Source: Thermoproteota archaeon (GTDB taxonomy: Archaea > Thermoproteota > Nitrososphaeria > Nitrososphaerales > Nitrososphaeraceae). Taken from it: a DNA stretch of 52,243 bases. The stretch spans positions 1 through 52,243 of the forward strand of contig JBKPMK010000018.1 of assembly GCA_046732115.1 (NCBI GenBank). Reading direction: 5' to 3'. The notes beneath the pieces were generated by a model. The model did no database searches. It saw nothing but the letters and a program-made list of their open reading frames with translations, and had not been told where the DNA came from. A program made the translations under genes and the position numbers. Of the stretch, positions 1 to 9,497 are shown in pieces (the stretch's first letter is position 1; the number at the start of each line of letters is the position of its first letter).

Positions 1-545
1 AGAGTGTTACGAATAGCTTGGGCTATTACAGCCTTTGCGGTCTCCCTCTTTGTTATCAACTCTTCTGCATTGAACTTTGCAACACTTGCTTTAACTGATT
101 CTTGTATTGTAGGTGCTATTATCCTATCTGCATAGTCTGCACCAAGCTGCTGATATACAATGTTTGCATCATTTGGATCGATATGATAGTTCAGAGCTAT
201 CACAGTAGCTACTTCTTGCAAATCATTTGAGGCAGCTGACGCATCAGCTTGGAATTTAAGCGTACGTACTTCTAGCTGTATAACTTGTTCAGCAAATGGT
301 ATAATAAAATGTAATCCTTCTCCTAGTACTCTTTTTTCAACAGCACCAACATATAGAACAACCCCTCTATGTCCTGCTTGTACAATGACAACAGATTCAG
401 AGATGATTATTGCTATTACAATAAACGTCACTATTGCCGCTAAAATTTTTAGCTTGTTAGCTCCCGCTATAGTCCTTGATGGCTTTGGTGCTCCTCTATA
501 TCCATATGGGTTGGTATCCGGGGTTCCCTTGAAAGGGTTTCTCAT
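1..545 (-). CDS. SPFH/band-7 (prohibitin/stomatin-like) membrane protein, 3' end outside window
   Basis: Absent from the ORF track because it runs off the left edge. Reverse-strand ATG at 543-545 gives MRNPFKGTPDTNPYGYRGAPKPSRTIAGANKLKILAAIVTFIVIAIIISESVVIVQAGHRGVVLYVGAVEKRVLGEGLHFIIPFAEQVIQLEVRTLKF... This is an N-terminal TM anchor followed by the typical SPFH core (V.aGhrGVv...G......GlHf.iPf...v..l.vr). Confidence 0.8.
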   Translation of the reverse strand, partial: MRNPFKGTPDTNPYGYRGAPKPSRTIAGANKLKILAAIVTFIVIAIIISESVVIVQAGHRGVVLYVGAVEKRVLGEGLHFIIPFAEQVIQLEVRTLKFQADASAASNDLQEVATVIALNYHIDPNDANIVYQQLGADYADRIIAPTIQESVKASVAKFNAEELITKRETAKAVIAQAIRNT

Positions 546-717
546 AAAACTATCTTTATATGATAAGTGGAGTCAAAAGGCAATTTAAGTGTGTGGTCTT
601 GTACATGATTTGTTGCTGTAGCGGCATTAGCAACAATACTGTCACCAGTTTCTTCTTAGAATGGGTTCAATGGAAAATACAGGCTTTAATTCAGTGTCAA
701 TATCAGATTCTCAGTCG

Positions 718-1086
718 TCATACAGGATAGAAATCAAGTGGCTTGTTTACTCTCGTGGCAAATCCATAAATGAATATTCCAAATCCTATCACACCAATGA
801 CAACAAACACTACTTCAAGGTCTATAGGTAATACATTATTGATTTTAGAAGGAGCAGTAAATGGCAATTCCGCATCTGCATTTACTTCTTCTTTTACAAA
901 TTGTGATCCAAAAAATATAGTACCGGCAAAACCGATTGCTGCTATTGCTATTCCTACAATAATGATAATCCAGTTACCTCTGAGGATTGAACTACCCCTG
1001 TTAGTGACGTCACTACTTTTCCTCGATGACTCTTCTTTTCTTCCTATCCTTTTCGTGATAAATCTGTCAATATTGCCTAACCTCAA
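718..1086 (-). CDS. hypothetical membrane protein (two predicted TM helices)
   Basis: 122-aa ORF with two long hydrophobic segments (WIIIIVGIAIAAIGFAGTIFFG; VVFVVIGVIGFGIFIYGFA). Same strand as, and upstream of, the SPFH gene. The overlapping + strand ORF 770..1183 looks like its shadow. Confidence 0.4.
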   Translation of the reverse strand: MRLGNIDRFITKRIGRKEESSRKSSDVTNRGSSILRGNWIIIIVGIAIAAIGFAGTIFFGSQFVKEEVNADAELPFTAPSKINNVLPIDLEVVFVVIGVIGFGIFIYGFATRVNKPLDFYPV

Positions 1087-1288
1087 GTTAGTTCAAATTA
1101 CTTTATTTAAAAATAAATTTTGTGTTTCTATTGCACTTGCTAGGCTACGTTTGCATCTATTTGCAATTATGCTTGTAAGGTAAGGACACTAAAGATATTT
1201 GGAAAAGATGATATTTATAATCAAAGAGGGATTTAATGCATAGAAAAATTGTATCCTTGGCATTATTTAATGTCCATCCAAAGAACAG

Positions 1289-1652
1289 TTAAAAAATACT
1301 ACTAATGCAAATCAGAGGATGCAGGTTAAACCCAGTACTTATGGTTGTATAGCCGTTAAGTAATTGCAGAATTCCAGTTCCATTTTTTGTGCTGATATGA
1401 CCACCAATAACTTTGTTTAAATTCATAACATCTATTTCATAAGACAAGGTTCCATTACTATTTGTATGAAATTTTGCTATACCTGTTGCAGAAGTATTTA
1501 CAGGTGGTACTAGATTTTTACCAGATAGATTTGCGACAAAATTAGTTTGCTGTGTATGTCAAAACTGGAACTGTGGATACTATCATAATTATACTTGCAA
1601 TCAGTATTGAAAGAGAATTTAGGCCGTAACATAATAATTCAGACCGTATCAC
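1289..1652 (-). pseudogene. CHRD-domain secreted protein, apparently frameshifted and C-terminally truncated
   Basis: One reverse frame reads NFVANLSGKNLVPPVNTSATGIAKFHTNSNGTLSYEIDVMNLNKVIGGHISTKNGTG. This matches the CHRD pattern LsG..evPPv.t.atG.a.f......tlsY.l.v.nl..v...HIh.g..G. That frame has no start codon. A signal-peptide-like stretch (GTG 1650-1652; ..LNSLSILIASIIMIVSTVPVLTYTAN*) lies in a different frame immediately upstream. Confidence 0.4.
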
Positions 1653-1695
1653 AACATATGTAGAATAGGCCTGTTGCAGGACGATAGAGAAATTC

Positions 1696-2160
1696 TTACT
1701 CGATTCCCATGAGAATTTGTTTTGCTTTTTGTTGTGGAAATATGTCAGTTAACTTCCTAGGCACTCTATCTTCAAATACAATATCAGAATACCATTTAGA
1801 GCCAAAGGCAACTAGCTGCATCAAAATAGGTAGCGTATCTCTACCCTTCTCAGTAAGGATCCAATGTACGCCCACAGCTGATCCCTTCTGCTCCCTGCGT
1901 TCAATGAAACCTTTCCTTTCTAGCTCCTTTAGACGTATAGAAAGGACTCTAGGCGGAATACCACCAACCGACTCCAAAAGCCGATTAAAACGCGTGATTT
2001 TATACACTCCTATGTCTCTGATAATCAACATAGTCCATTTTTTGCCCAATACTCCAATTGTCGTCTTTATCGGGCACTTGATGAATATTGCTTGAGGTAT
2101 AAGGGCACCTTCATAACTGTCCGCTAATTCTTCTTCTTTGCCGGTGATATATTCTTGCAA
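1696..2160 (-). CDS. HxlR-family winged-helix transcriptional regulator
   Basis: CPIKTTIGVLGKKWTMLIIRDIG...ITRFNRLLESVGGIPPRVLSIRLKELERKGFIERRE matches the HxlR signature (CP....l.vigGKW...Il..L....rF.el......is...Ls..Lk.Le..G.i.R). Confidence 0.85.
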   Translation of the reverse strand: MQEYITGKEEELADSYEGALIPQAIFIKCPIKTTIGVLGKKWTMLIIRDIGVYKITRFNRLLESVGGIPPRVLSIRLKELERKGFIERREQKGSAVGVHWILTEKGRDTLPILMQLVAFGSKWYSDIVFEDRVPRKLTDIFPQQKAKQILMGIE

Positions 2161-2214
2161 CTATACTTTTGATCTCTTGCATGTTTATTAACTATACTTT
2201 GAATACTGTTAGCC

Positions 2215-2472
2215 ATGAGTAAATGTACGGCTGCGGAAATTGAGCAGAGGATTGCTAGCGAGGTCGACCAGTTTGTTTATCCGGTACAAAAAAAGAATTG
2301 TGATGCAATGACGCAGCTCAATGAACAATTTGGTAGAATAACTAACAAGTATAGAGTTGCGCATTCAGTTTCCCAACTAAACAACAGAGGGGTACCGGCG
2401 AAGGGTATTATCAATGTGATCAAGACTATCTCAGCTACCGAAGACGATGAGGTATGGATGGAGCTGATATAG
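2215..2472 (+). CDS. hypothetical protein (85 aa)
   Basis: ORF only, divergent from the HxlR gene. No recognisable motif. Confidence 0.3.
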   Translation: MSKCTAAEIEQRIASEVDQFVYPVQKKNCDAMTQLNEQFGRITNKYRVAHSVSQLNNRGVPAKGIINVIKTISATEDDEVWMELI

Positions 2473-2588
2473 GGATAAAGTGGCTGCAAATATGGGAGAT
2501 GATGAAAGAATGGGTCAACTTTGGCAACGCTCCACCGAGCTTGTGAGTTCCGGAACAGGGAGCTTTCAGTCGCATTAGAGTATGAGGA

Positions 2589-3014
2589 ATGATGACGCAA
2601 ATGTCAACAATAGTTCATTTTGAAATACCTGCAAATGATGTTGAAAGGGCTAAGAAATTCTATAATAACCTGTTCGGATGGAATATTGAAAAATTACATA
2701 ATTCCGCAGGTCATAGCCAGCTAACATCGGTAGCAACAGGTCAACCAATTGAATATTGGAGAATCACCACAACAAACGATAAAGGAGATAAAGGTGTGGG
2801 CGGTGGAATTATGAAAAGACAGATGCCAGAACATCATATCACTAATTACATTGGTGTAGATTCAGTCGATGAGTACTCCTCTAAAGTAGAAAAGTTGGGA
2901 GGTAGATTATTTGCTGCTAAGCACGCAGTACCAGGAATGGGTTATTTTGCACTCTGTTCTGATACTGAAAACAATGTATTTGCCATATGGGAGTCTGATG
3001 AAAATGCAAAGTGA
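2589..3014 (+). CDS. VOC-family (glyoxalase/bleomycin-resistance/dioxygenase fold) protein
   Basis: N-terminus IVHFEIPANDVERAKKFYNNLFGW and C-terminal GMGYFALCSDTENNVFAIWE are typical of small VOC proteins. Confidence 0.75.
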   Translation: MMTQMSTIVHFEIPANDVERAKKFYNNLFGWNIEKLHNSAGHSQLTSVATGQPIEYWRITTTNDKGDKGVGGGIMKRQMPEHHITNYIGVDSVDEYSSKVEKLGGRLFAAKHAVPGMGYFALCSDTENNVFAIWESDENAK

Positions 3015-3246
3015 GCGTCTAAATTGGTATTCCAATAATATATAGTTAGGATACACCTCGAGTATGTGCTTCGATTATTGAACGCTATTTTACAAACAAA
3101 CACACGTAAATTTAAATGGCGAGAACATCTAATATCACGTAGATACGATAAAAGCATTGAAAATTCTATGCGTACGTTGAAGAATTACAATAACTCACCA
3201 AGCCAGAACTGATAGGTCCATAAAGGATGATGTTGTAAAACCTCCA

Positions 3247-4665
3247 TTGTCAACAACAACTAGTAATGATAAGAAAAAATTGACGACGATTAATCCATCC
3301 ACAGAAGAGATTCTTAACGAGTATGAACTAATTAGTAAAGAACAATTAAATGATATAGTAGAGAAATCGAAAAAAGCATTCCTAGAATGGAAAGAAGATA
3401 TTGATAAGCGTGCAGATTTCCTCTATGCGTTTGCTAAAGAACTTAGAAAAAATAAAGAAAACCTAGCCAAAACTGCTACACAGGAGATGGGCAAGGTAAT
3501 AAAAGAATCCAGATCTGAGGTAGAAAAATGTGCATGGACTGCAGAGTATTTTGCGGATCATGGCAAGATATTTGTCAATGATGAGGCTGTTAACACAGAT
3601 GCTAGGAAAAGCATCGTAACTTTTCAGCCCCTCGGGGTAATTGGAAGTATAATGCCATGGAATTTCCCTTACTGGCAGGGACTGAGATTTGCTGCTCCCT
3701 CATTGATGGTTGGTAACACAATAGTGCTGAAACCTGCAAGTGCTACAATGCAATGTGGAATAGAAATTGAAAAAACCTTTGATAAAGCTGGCGCGCCACA
3801 TGGAGTTTTCCAAACGCTTGTTGGAGATTCAAGCATTGCAGAGACTCTTATAGATTCAGACGGGGTTAATGCAGTAACCTTTACTGGAAGTGTTCCAGTA
3901 GGGTCCAAAGTCGCACAGAGGGCTACTTCGCAAATAAAAAAAACAGTTTTGGAATTAGGTGGAAGTGACCCTTTCATAGTTTGTGGAGATGCTGATATTG
4001 AAAAGACCTCTACAGGAGCTGTCAAAGGTAGATTTATTAATTGTGGGCAAAGCTGCATAGCATCCAAGCGGTTCATTGTTACAAAAGAAGTGGCAAACGA
4101 ATTCATCGAAAAATTTTTACAAAAAACTGAAAGACTAAAAGTAGGAGATCCTCTATCAGACGATACAGAGATTGGACCGGTCGTCAACCTCAAGAGCCTT
4201 GAGAACATTCAAGGTATAGTAAATAGAACCGTGAAGGAAGGAGCCGAGCTTCTTACAGGAGGAGAAAGAATGAAAGACAAAGGCTACTTCTACGGTCCAA
4301 CTATCTTTAAAAATGTGTCACCTCATATGGAAATAGCTCAGGAAGAAGTATTTGGGCCTGTTGCTCCAATAATCACTGTTGAAGATGAAAAAGAAGCAGT
4401 TAGAATTGCAAATGATTCAAAATTTGGTCTTGGCGCAAGTATATGGACTCAGGATTTAGACAAGGCAGAAGCATTGTCATCGATCGTTCAATCAGGCATA
4501 GTAACTGTGAATAATGTAGTGGTTTCAGATCCACGGGTTCCATTTGGAGGTGTAAAGAATAGCGGATTTGGTAGAGAGTTATCTAGATTCGGAATGCTAG
4601 AATTTGTAAACATAAAGTCTGTAAGGTTCTATGATCAATTAATTTACGAGCATCACGTGGAGTAA
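3247..4665 (+). CDS. NAD(P)+-dependent aldehyde dehydrogenase (succinate-semialdehyde dehydrogenase-like)
   Basis: 472 aa. Carries the ALDH motifs VLELGGSDPFIV (ELGG) and the catalytic-Cys block FINCGQSCIASKRF, plus FTGSVPVGSKV and EEVFGPVAPI. The start is TTG in the track. Confidence 0.9.
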   Translation: MSTTTSNDKKKLTTINPSTEEILNEYELISKEQLNDIVEKSKKAFLEWKEDIDKRADFLYAFAKELRKNKENLAKTATQEMGKVIKESRSEVEKCAWTAEYFADHGKIFVNDEAVNTDARKSIVTFQPLGVIGSIMPWNFPYWQGLRFAAPSLMVGNTIVLKPASATMQCGIEIEKTFDKAGAPHGVFQTLVGDSSIAETLIDSDGVNAVTFTGSVPVGSKVAQRATSQIKKTVLELGGSDPFIVCGDADIEKTSTGAVKGRFINCGQSCIASKRFIVTKEVANEFIEKFLQKTERLKVGDPLSDDTEIGPVVNLKSLENIQGIVNRTVKEGAELLTGGERMKDKGYFYGPTIFKNVSPHMEIAQEEVFGPVAPIITVEDEKEAVRIANDSKFGLGASIWTQDLDKAEALSSIVQSGIVTVNNVVVSDPRVPFGGVKNSGFGRELSRFGMLEFVNIKSVRFYDQLIYEHHVE

Positions 4666-4957
4666 TGAGTATTTTTTAAATAAGTAACAGATAGCAGTGG
4701 CGGCGATGGTGGTGGTATAGGTTCTGTCTTATCAGGTCTAGGAGATCAAATAATGGTATACAAGGTTCAGAACAGGTCAGACAATATACACAGCAAGGAG
4801 TTGATATACTAAACGAGCAATTTAACAATAACCCTCAGGGACTTCAATCTATACTTGGTGGATTCCTGGGAGGAGGAAGTAGCAAGCAGGCTCGACGGTG
4901 GAATCGGAGATATGCTTGGCATCTAAACATAATTCGTATCTTCCTAATATGCAGATA

Positions 4958-5206
4958 CTACATATTTTTCCTTTTCCTCAAATTAATCTTTGATAATGCA
5001 TATTGAATAAGATATTTCTGATCTTCAACTCCTTTATTTTTCCAATAATATCTGCTAACAATATATGATATCCCGTACCAAATAGCACTATTTACTATAA
5101 TAGTAAAAAGAAACCCATAGTAGTACATCATAATTGTACCCGTTATGGTACCGCCTATCAGAAATGGTATTTGCCGTCTTAATATCGACTTTAGAATTAT
5201 ATCCAT
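4958..5206 (-). CDS. small hypothetical membrane protein (82 aa)
   Basis: Two hydrophobic helices (IPFLIGGTITGTIMMYYYGFLF; IVNSAIWYGISYIV). ORF only. Confidence 0.35.
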   Translation of the reverse strand: MDIILKSILRRQIPFLIGGTITGTIMMYYYGFLFTIIVNSAIWYGISYIVSRYYWKNKGVEDQKYLIQYALSKINLRKRKNM

Positions 5207-5861
5207 GTTAAATCGTTCTATTTCTCTCTTGGTATTGATAGTGCTTGATCAGTTATTAAAATTCTATGTGTACTTGGTATTTTTGTTTATATCTTGATAA
5301 TTATATAAAATATTACTGTTTATACTTTATTCATATAGGCATATACTATGAATCACCCGATCTTAAATGGCTTGAAATAGGCCGATCAAAACAATGCTTA
5401 GAAAAGCATGGATTCAATCCATATCTTTTATATTTGCATATCCTAACGGCAGAGGATCTGACAATTCAAAAGTTGTAAATATAGTTTCCAAATACTATGA
5501 TTTAGCCAGAACAGATACCAGATCATCTGCATTGACTCTTTTGCAGTGTGGCGGTGATGGCAGTGGTGGCAATGTGGACAATTAGCAGCAGAGAATCTAT
5601 TGTGGAATGTATCTTAATAACGGTGAAGTAATTCCCGAAAATAGATACTCTATCAATAGCTGGGCTCATGACCCATTGACGAGGGATGCTCTGCTAATAG
5701 CGCCGATAATGTTAACAGTGATAAATGCGATAAGTTTCGCTTTGAATATAACAACGGCTCAGATATTCAGTTGTTAACAGCCAGAATATCCACTACTAGC
5801 GGCGATATCTACTAGTTGTAAACTAGTTTTGGAGATTTATGGATTTGAACCAAGGATTGGA

Positions 5862-5935
5862 TGGACTGGGCGGGATTTGAACCCACGACCCTTCGGATGC
5901 GAACCGAATATTCAACCAAACTAAACTACCAGCCC
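5862..5935 (-). tRNA. tRNA-Ala (anticodon CGC)
   Basis: The reverse complement reads GGGCTGGTAGTTTAGTTTGGTTGAATATTCGGTTCGCATCCGAAGGGTCGTGGGTTCAAATCCCGCCCAGTCCA. It has a 7-bp acceptor stem with the Ala identity pair G3:U70, an anticodon stem TTCGG/CCGAA with loop TTCGCAT, and a T arm GTGGG-TTCAAAT-CCCGC. CCA is not encoded. Confidence 0.93.
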
Positions 5936-5952
5936 TCAGCAACGCTGTAATG

Positions 5953-5964
5953 TTAATATTATTA
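5953..5964 (-). promoter_or_regulatory. TATA-box-like element upstream of tRNA-Ala
   Basis: The reverse strand reads AATAATATTAA about 19-30 nt upstream of the tRNA 5' end (5935). This is the usual archaeal TATA-to-TSS spacing. Confidence 0.45.
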
Positions 5965-6757
5965 CCTATTAAATTATCCCTATCTTGTTGTTCATTTTAG
6001 ATAGTTTTAGACTAGATTTTCGTAGTATAGAAATTAATCTATAAGACAAATCTCCAAATGAGGGTCGGAGTAATGTAAATTAGATCATGAAATACGATAG
6101 GCATTCCAAAATATCAAATGATACATCACCAAAATATCAGGAACATGCTTAAAATTTCGAATAGTGTAAAAGACAGTCCAAAATGACGCTTGAGCCATCA
6201 GAGGTCGTTATAGCCACAGCAACGAGAGTATCCATAAAACATATGATTCTAGTAAAAATATTTCTTATAATGTTTTGATGCAGTTTGACTCACATAAGGA
6301 AAATTGGTTCGGCGTGATTAATTCAATTGGAATGAAAAAGCAGAACCTCAAAAACATTCTCATAATTTGATGACAATGGTGAGGAGCTCAAATCTGATTG
6401 CGAGATGGTTAATCTTGTTACCAAGAATAGAGGCAAAAAAGATAATCGCAATGCTAAACCTAGGATAAACAGCGGAGTTTGAAGCCAAAAAGTCTCTTTG
6501 TAAGAGAGCTAGCACCTGACTGCTCCGGAGCCAGAAATAATACAGATGCATAAATAAAGTTACATGTTTTATCACAATATCATAGACAAATATTGACGTT
6601 CTTGAATTCTATAATCTCTGGATTTGGTCGACATGCGCTAGTCGTGGTTTAGTCTATCATCCAAATAACTCTCCCAATTATTGAATTATGAAGGTTCTTT
6701 AACGTCAAGCCAGTTACGTAGCTGGCTGAGCACATTTTTGTATTACCGTCGTCATTA

Positions 6758-7696
6758 CTAGAACGATATGGCATTGTAAAGTTCGCTATATTCGTTCTTG
6801 CTTATTTCGCCTTTGGCTAGCCTGACCTTTAATATTTGGAGCGGATCGCTGATCTCCTTGCCTTCTGTTTTAAGGCTCCTATTGCCTCCAAATATTATAT
6901 CACCAGGAATTGCAGTACGATCAATTTTATTATTATTATTATTATTGTGGAGTTCCTTCTTATTCTGCGCATCATGTGTATCATGGACATAGGTGAGGTT
7001 TTTCAATTCGTTTAAAAATTTCCATTCTTTTTTAACGTCCACTCTTGTCTTGCCAATGCGGTATAGTGCCCTGGTCAGCCTATTCTTATCCCTTGCAAGA
7101 GTAGACGGGACATGTAAGGCGATCATAAAACCTTTGGTCGCAAATCTATTCTTCCAATCTCCAGGATATGGCAAATGAACAGGTGTAAAATCTAAAGGTA
7201 GCAATTCGTGCGGAGCCCTGCTTTGTCTGTCCTCATTCTTCCGCAAATAGCCAACATATCCTGGACTCCTATTATACGGGCTCCTCTGTTTTGGGCTTGT
7301 TACAGTATCCATTATTGATGGATCGTGCGTCCTACCTATTACCACAAACGTGGTTCCGCCATATCGCCTGACTGCAGCCTTATGTTGTTCTAGCTGTCTT
7401 TGAGAGTACGTTCTTTTATTGAAAAATCCTGTTATATGGACCTGTATAATCGTACGATCAGGTTTATATCCGAATAAGCTCATAAATTCATAAATCTCTT
7501 GCCTTCGATTTTCCGGAACCTCATTTAGGATCTGATTGGCAGATGTGATATGAGAGGCTGTCATCTCCATAGCCGGCAGTGCAGTTTTTCTCTTAGGTTT
7601 GTTATTGTTGCTATCGCCATCATTGTTATAAATAAGTCGCGAAATTCTTGAGCTATCACCTCGACGGCTGCCATTTCCTAAATCTCCATTGCTCAT
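6758..7696 (-). CDS. hypothetical protein with C-terminal SHOCT-like motif
   Basis: 312 aa. The C-terminal DPLQILKVRLAKGEISKNEYSELYNAI matches the SHOCT short C-terminal domain pattern (L..l...GeIt.eEY...k..l). The roughly 250-aa N-terminal body is not recognised. An (AAT)n-encoded poly-Asn run is present. Confidence 0.55.
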   Translation of the reverse strand: MSNGDLGNGSRRGDSSRISRLIYNNDGDSNNNKPKRKTALPAMEMTASHITSANQILNEVPENRRQEIYEFMSLFGYKPDRTIIQVHITGFFNKRTYSQRQLEQHKAAVRRYGGTTFVVIGRTHDPSIMDTVTSPKQRSPYNRSPGYVGYLRKNEDRQSRAPHELLPLDFTPVHLPYPGDWKNRFATKGFMIALHVPSTLARDKNRLTRALYRIGKTRVDVKKEWKFLNELKNLTYVHDTHDAQNKKELHNNNNNNKIDRTAIPGDIIFGGNRSLKTEGKEISDPLQILKVRLAKGEISKNEYSELYNAISF

Positions 7697-8210
7697 ATCA
7701 TAATTTGAGACAATATTTTATATATATATGTCAGGCTGGGTAATATTCCCATTTTGCTAGAACTCGAAAACGAGATCCAGCTCTCTCATATTGCATCTAA
7801 TTAAAACATATAAACGGAAAATTGTAGGTTGCTGGCACTCAACATTTCATGAATTATTTCGAATAATGTTACGTGTTCACAACCTTATATTCTCCTACCT
7901 ATTCCGGATTGTGCTCAGTTGCGACTAGCAGCATTTGAATATTCTTAAAAAATAGCAAAGCCAATGTGCTAAGGTACAGCTGCTAATTCTCTTAGTAATG
8001 TTACACATCTCGATCAACTGCGAATGTTAGGATGTTCGATGAAGCAATACTCTTCAAGCAATTCTTGAAAATATATGTGTGATAATTTAAAACTCCATTA
8101 TTCTACGCGGCAAATACAATGGTTCATCTGATTAAACACAACTTAGCAAGCTTATGTTATTGCAAAAATACAAAGTGTTACCATGAGAAGGGACGGCTAG
8201 GCGTATCGGA

Positions 8211-8507
8211 TCACTGGGCGACATGTGCCTTACCGTTTGAGCCTATCACGCCTTGTGACACATTATTAATAATGCCCCCAAAGTATTGTTTGGCTTCTTG
8301 AGTTGTATTCTTCAGAATAGGATTGGTGTTTATTATCTTCTCTGCTCCTCTGAAGACTCCTGAAACAAAGACCTGCCAACCCAGACCTATAATCGCCAAA
8401 ACTATTATAATCAGTATTACGAACGTGAGAGCTCCCATATAAAAATAAATACATTTGTCTCTTTTAATACTTGTAGAGATTCTTTCTATTCGAAAGCATA
8501 GATACAT
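8211..8507 (-). CDS. small hypothetical membrane protein (start uncertain, possibly ATG 8436-8438)
   Basis: Internal Met gives MGALTFVILIIIVLAIIGLGWQVFVSGVF, a single TM helix followed by a polar tail. ORF evidence only. Confidence 0.3.
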   Translation of the reverse strand: MYLCFRIERISTSIKRDKCIYFYMGALTFVILIIIVLAIIGLGWQVFVSGVFRGAEKIINTNPILKNTTQEAKQYFGGIINNVSQGVIGSNGKAHVAQ

Positions 8508-8752
8508 CTCACAAAGAAAATGGTATTAAAATAAATGACTATATTCTCTATCGGTATGCAATGAAGTCCATCTGTGCGCCAGTCATCATACGATATTGAT
8601 AGCGACGTTCCTGGCAATAAAAGCTGACTTTGCCCGGCGTAGCGTAAGGGGCTGGTAAGATCTACGCGCTTTTCGTCCACTCCCCTCCCCGTCCATAATG
8701 TGGTCCAATCTTTAAAAAGGCACCTGGATCATGAACTTTTGGTTACTATTAT

Positions 8753-9037
8753 ATGATGAGCTTATTTTCAAACAAAGATTTTCTTATCTCGGAATTAGAG
8801 TTGTGGAAGCGGTTTGCAAACAACTTAACAGGACAACAGGACATAGAAATTTTTAATAAATTGTTAAGCGACTATCAACGTTACATAGACGTTGTACTTT
8901 CTAATGATACCAATGAGAGCTTTCCTAGTGAGCATTTAATAATAGCGTTAATTATATCTCAGCAAAAGAAAATGATTAGTTGGTTAATTTATAAACTATC
9001 TGAACATAATGATCAGAATGGAGTATATCTTTGTTAA
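8753..9037 (+). CDS. hypothetical protein (94 aa)
   Basis: ORF only. It abuts the DUF72 fragment. Confidence 0.3.
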   Translation: MMSLFSNKDFLISELELWKRFANNLTGQQDIEIFNKLLSDYQRYIDVVLSNDTNESFPSEHLIIALIISQQKKMISWLIYKLSEHNDQNGVYLC

Positions 9038-9039
9038 AA

Positions 9040-9207
9040 ATGGGTAAGCTGCTTTTAGGTTGCTCAGGATGGAATTACGGCGATACTCCTGACAATGGTG
9101 GGTGGACTGGAGTATTTTATCTTGCTGCCAAAACCAAAAGACTCAGCTATTATTCGCAATTTTTCGATACTGCAGAAATAGACACAACGTTCTATGAAAG
9201 ATTCTAA
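9040..9207 (+). pseudogene. N-terminal fragment of a DUF72 (UPF0759) family gene
   Basis: The 55-codon ORF (below the track cutoff) MGKLLLGCSGWNYGDTPDNGGWTGVFYLAAKTKRLSYYSQFFDTAEIDTTFYERF* carries the characteristic DUF72 N-terminus (GcsGW.Y..W...FYp......rL.yYa..F.tvEin.tFY). Full-length members are roughly 250-280 aa. No continuation is visible downstream. Confidence 0.6.
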
Positions 9208-9497
9208 ACTAATATGAGCAAAGGCACATTCATTGGTATGTCAAGCGATTGAGAATTGACCAGAGAGCCTTTAGCGATGAATTAAAACATGGGTTGTATA
9301 ACTACTACTGTAACCAATCATGGTTCTTGAGTGTTTATTATTTGCCATACTATAATCTATCTCCGATGCACCAGTACCTACATACTATGAACTCTTAAGA
9401 ATGGTAGTATTCCAATAGATAATGACGTCTTATCTATAGTTGTTTTAAGATCGCAGGGAGATTTGTGTAATCTCAAGCCACAGTAATCGCCATCACT

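Noticed and set aside
2540-2600. GATGATGA C-box-like motif upstream of the VOC gene, checked as a possible C/D-box sRNA.
   Set aside because: No properly spaced D/D' (CUGA) boxes or terminal stem are present. The motif overlaps the ribosome-binding/start region of the 2589 ORF.
4690-4935. Gly-rich peptide fragments in several + frames (SGGDGGGIGSVLSGLGDQ..., ..QGVDILNEQFNNNPQGLQSILGGFLGGGSSK). A similar GGDGSGG string occurs at 5541-5585. These may be remnants of a Gly-rich secreted protein.
   Set aside because: There is no continuous frame with a start codon and no recognisable family. It may be coincidental low complexity.
5841-5851. GGATTTGAACC immediately 3' of tRNA-Ala duplicates 11 nt of the tRNA T-arm (5873-5883). 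This raised the possibility of an att-site remnant from an integrated element.
   Set aside because: Only 11 nt are identical, the flanking bases do not form a T stem, and no integrase or matching distal repeat is seen in the window. This is too weak to call a mobile-element boundary.
6709-6726. Near-palindrome GCCAGTTACGTAGCTGGC about 30 nt downstream of the SHOCT-protein stop codon.
   Set aside because: It is a single short imperfect palindrome. It could be a weak terminator stem or a chance occurrence, and nothing further supports it.
8624-8695. GC-rich patch in AT-rich intergenic DNA. It contains the hairpin GCGTAG (8637-8642) / CTACGC (8662-8667) followed by TTTT and a CCCCTCCCC run. It was considered as a candidate structured RNA or terminator.
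   Set aside because: It could not be folded into a tRNA, a C/D-box sRNA or another known RNA architecture by eye. No convincing upstream + strand gene exists for it to terminate. A covariance-model scan (Rfam) would be needed.
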